A DNA stretch of 64,000 nt from Cyanophora paradoxa CCMP329 (Eukaryota; Plantae; Glaucophyta). Position numbers and translations under genes: made by a program. Shown here in pieces: positions 60,554-64,000 of the stretch (position 1 is the first letter of the stretch; the number at the start of each line of letters is the position of its first letter). The notes under the pieces are model-generated. The model was not told where the DNA came from. It searched no databases and saw only the letters and a list, made by a program, of their open reading frames with translations. The stretch covers positions 186,001-250,000 of the forward strand of contig QPMI01000534.1 in the NCBI GenBank assembly GCA_004431415.1. Direction: 5' to 3'.

Positions 60554-62397
60554 CCAGCGCACTGCGCATGCACAGCTCCAACGCGGCCGCGGCCGCTCGA
60601 CTCGCGCGGCAATTGCAAGTCGCGCCAGATGCATCGGATGGCCGCGGCGGCCGGCAGTTGCGCAGCTCCTTCTGAGTCAGGGAAGCATGCGCATCAGGCT
60701 ACACTAGTATAGCTAGCTTAACTAGTACTAGTAACGTTGCTGCTGCCGCAGTGCTATCTATAAACTATTTAGCTAGCAGATTGCAGTCTAGGTACCGGTA
60801 TGTACGTATACGTAGCAGCCGCTGCAGCTGAGCACTGATCATGATTCATGAAGTGCGCGCTCAGTGAGAACAGTGAGCAGTGAGCATGCGCATGCGCGGG
60901 CCACGTGCACGCGGCACTGCGGCAGTGCTAGAAGATCGGCCGCAGCCCGCAGCTGCAGCCTGGCAGGCCCGCAGCTGCAGAATGCCAGAATCCGATGATC
61001 GGCGCATGCGCAGATCGGCCGCCGCCGCGCCGGCCCGCCGGGCTGCTCCTCATGCTCGCGATCGGATATCGCGATACCCCGGTCACGTGGTTTTCTATTC
61101 ATGCAGATTTTGCAAGCTGGCTCAGATTTATGAATCGGGGGTAGGATCAATTATTAATATTGTAAATTACACTGTAAATTGGCTGAGAATTTGGCTCTTT
61201 GTCTTAATTGTCTTTCTTCGTGCTCTTGATCCCCTTCAAGGACCCCTTGTCACCCTTGATTGCTTGTGCAACTAGCTATAGTTGTGCAGCTCAAGCTAAC
61301 GTATAACGCTTGTTATATGTCGTCTTCTATTTATGTGTTTATTAATAAGTAGTTGTGATTTTGTCGTCTTTCCGAAGTTCGAATTCGAGAGGGGGGGGGG
61401 GGGGGGGGGGGGCCGTGAGGCCCCCGGCGCGCGGCCCCCGCGGTTCGCTATTGATCAGTCGGCCGGGCCCGTGCCGCACGGTGCCGGGGCCGCGGCCCGC
61501 GGCCCGCGGGCCCCCGCGCCGCTCGAGGCCCAGGGACAATTGGGGGGCTGATTTTGTAATATTCAAATCATTGAATGATGAATAATAGGCTATTATTAGC
61601 TACGGGCATCGACAGGCTTCGAATTCCCGGCCCGTCGGCGGGGGTTAACGTCCCGAAGCCTTTTTGAAGTTCGCCCTGCCTGTCGGAATATTAATACTGG
61701 CACTATCATGATCAAATTACTGTCAAATTCGGCCGCGCCTGGCACCGGGCCGGGCCGGCCGACGGGACTCGCGAATACTAATCGCCGAGAGATCGCTGAG
61801 AGATCTAGAGAGAGAGAGAGAGAGAGTCAAGTCGCGAATCTACTCGTAGATCTCGCAAATTGCGATCGATATCAGCCCTAGGCCTCGGGCCTCGGGCCTT
61901 CATACTTATATATAATTAGGCCCTCCGAGCTCGTGCCAGAGGTCAGGTCATGACGTCAGGGCGGCCTTACCCCCCCGCCCCCCCCTTCCCCTCCCCAAGG
62001 CTTATAATTACGCTTTCCTTTGTAATCTGGCCCGGGCCGGCCCCCGGGCCGGCCTCTACATCGCGGCCCATGAGCCTAGGGCCCAGGCTCCGAGGCTCCC
62101 GCCAGCGGGCGAGTAGCCTATAGCACACTGATTCTTGAAAAGCTGGCGCCAGCTAACTCAGAGAAAACTAGAATATATAAAAGCTACTAAGTGACCGCAG
62201 ATTGACCGCAGGTGCTACGTATACTATGTATAAGCCTTGAGGCTGGATGTGATCATGACTGGATAGGGCTGGATGATACGTGGTACGACCCACGTGCACG
62301 TGCACGCCAAAGGATGCTCCGATGCTCCGAGGCTCTGAACTAAAATAGATCTAGACCTATAGCTAACTACAATGTTAAAGACTTCGCAAGCTGTAGG

Positions 62398-64000
62398 CTA
62401 CGGCTTCTTGACGGGGACCTCCCAGGCGAGGCGCGACTCGAGGCCGAAGCCGTACGAGCAGCCGAGCATCACGCTGTACGTCCGCACCGTCGTCCCCGAC
62501 GGCCCCACGAAGCTGCCGGAGAGGGTCGAAAAAGATACGGTCGAAGAGTGCTTAATTTTAGTAAACAGTGCACCTGGGGTCGACGTAGGGGCTGAGCTGG
62601 ACGGCGGCGAGGTCCGAGGCGCACGTCTGGTTCCACAGCGCGTAGGGCGAGCCGGAGAGAACAACCTGTCCTTCGGCGCTCGCCAGCGCGTCGCCGGTCT
62701 GCCTCACTTCCAGGCGGCACAGTTTGGCGTGGTCCGGGCACGAATCCGCGAACGTGTACCTGCTCGCAAGATTCGAATTCGGGGCGCAGGAACGCGATAA
62801 AATGACAGGACAAACCGCAAAGAAACGGGGACGAGCGCGGGCCGCCCGCCGACGACGCCGGTGAGGGTCGAGGGCGTCGCCGTCGCCCCGCTCGCGTACG
62901 CGTGCTGCGGGGCCGTCGACCGCCGCACCGCCAGCTTGACCTCGCACGATGCTCCGTTGGGCCGGGAGGAGGAGTAGAGCCGGATCGTGTACGTGTTCCC
63001 GACGGCGAGCTGCGATCATCGGATCGCGTGTGAGCGGTCGGGCAATGTCATCCACAGCGATTTCCAACGAATGGAACTGCGCACCGGCGTGCCCGGCGCG
63101 ATGCTCTGCGTGAGGGTGGTGGAGATGGGCCGCATGCACGACGAGTCGAACGTAACCTGCGCCAACGTTCCATGTCATGATCAAAGCAGCGGGTCTCATA
63201 GAGTGAACGCCTGCTATCGCACCTGGGACTTCAGATCGGGGGCGTCAGCGGTGCACTGGTTGGGCGCCACTGTGATGTCCTGGCTCATGGGCGGGCAGAT
63301 CTGCTCGGCCGCTCTGCATAATCAGTCCAAATCTAAAGACATTGGATGTGTTTCTAGATTGGTGCATACCGCCTGGGCGAGCGGGCCGTCCTGATCGACG
63401 ACTGTGAGGGCGAAGGTGCAGTTGCCGCGCGGGCCCTTGCCCGAGTTGTTCGTGATGCTGAACTGGACCTGCGTCGTCCCTGTGCCAGAGGTCGGAAGGC
63501 CTGCGACGGACCAGGCGTTGTTGGTCGGCCAATCCGGAATAGCCGGAAGCAGAGGTGTGCCCGCGGCGGGGCTCTGCGTGAGGGCTATACATGGCGCGCG
63601 TGAGCTTGCAATATATGTCAAATTAAGGCGCAAAAACTCGCGCACTGATGTTGGTGCCCCAGTCGGCGAAGAGAAAACGGCGCAGGTCGGGCACAAGGGC
63701 ACCACAGACGCGGTTTCCGTTGTACGTAACCGGCTCGAGGCGCGAGACGGTCATGGGTCCCGGGCACTGGACGCTGTAGTACGTCGTCGGCGCCGCGTAG
63801 GGGAAGCACTGCTCGCCGGAGCCGGAGCCGGAGCCGGAGCCGGGGGTGGTCGAGCCTCCTGGATTTGGGTTCGGGGTCGGGGCGGCGGGGGACGTCCCGT
63901 TGCATTCGGGGTCGCGGACGGAGAGCGTGAAGTTGCCCGTCTGGCTGCTGATGATGGTGCCCTCGACGACGACGTAGTAGTGGGTGGAGAGTGGCAGCGA
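62398..64000 (-). CDS. HYR-like Ig-fold repeat protein, 5'-partial, spliced
   Basis: YYVVVEG...GNFTLSV, LTQSPAAGTPL...VQFSITNNSG...CTFALTVVDQDGP, ICPP..DITVAPNQCTADAPDL...LTQSIAPGTP, and C-terminal ATPSTL...LVPVSLRYTFADSC...RTYSVMLGCSYGFG...VPVKKP*. Confidence 0.7.

Noticed and set aside
1-64000. Prokaryotic operon, defence system, rRNA or tRNA genes
   Set aside because: Gene structure is spliceosomal throughout, and no structured RNA gene was recognisable by eye.

Overview
Intron-dense, very GC-rich eukaryotic nuclear DNA, consistent with a unicellular alga or flagellate (the taxon cannot be fixed from sequence alone). Most long ORFs in the supplied track are GC-rich shadows. The real genes are split by many 50-100 nt C-rich introns, often with GC donors. 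Manual splicing gives: ASCC1-like (partial), two convergent paralogs of an orphan family, a flagellate-type repeat protein, a POS5-like NAD(H) kinase, a 2xCNBD protein fused to a degenerate class III cyclase domain plus a downstream cyclase-only duplicate, a low-GC beta-helix/coiled-coil gene between those two copies, a WW-like protein, a bestrophin ending in CSQQ, a sphingosine/DAG-kinase family gene, a Venus-flytrap + Cys-rich + multi-TM receptor whose membrane part is not class C type, a large (Ser-Pro)n surface protein with an internal duplication, and a bacterial-looking HYR protein (partial). Non-coding highlights: a 1.59 kb element with CAC-terminal 37-bp TIRs and a 3-bp TSD, an adjacent poly(A)-tailed insert with a 15-bp direct repeat, and apparent enrichment of short palindromic words that reaches synonymous codon sites. 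Exon boundaries are manual, and homopolymer indels (probable long-read errors) blur some frames.
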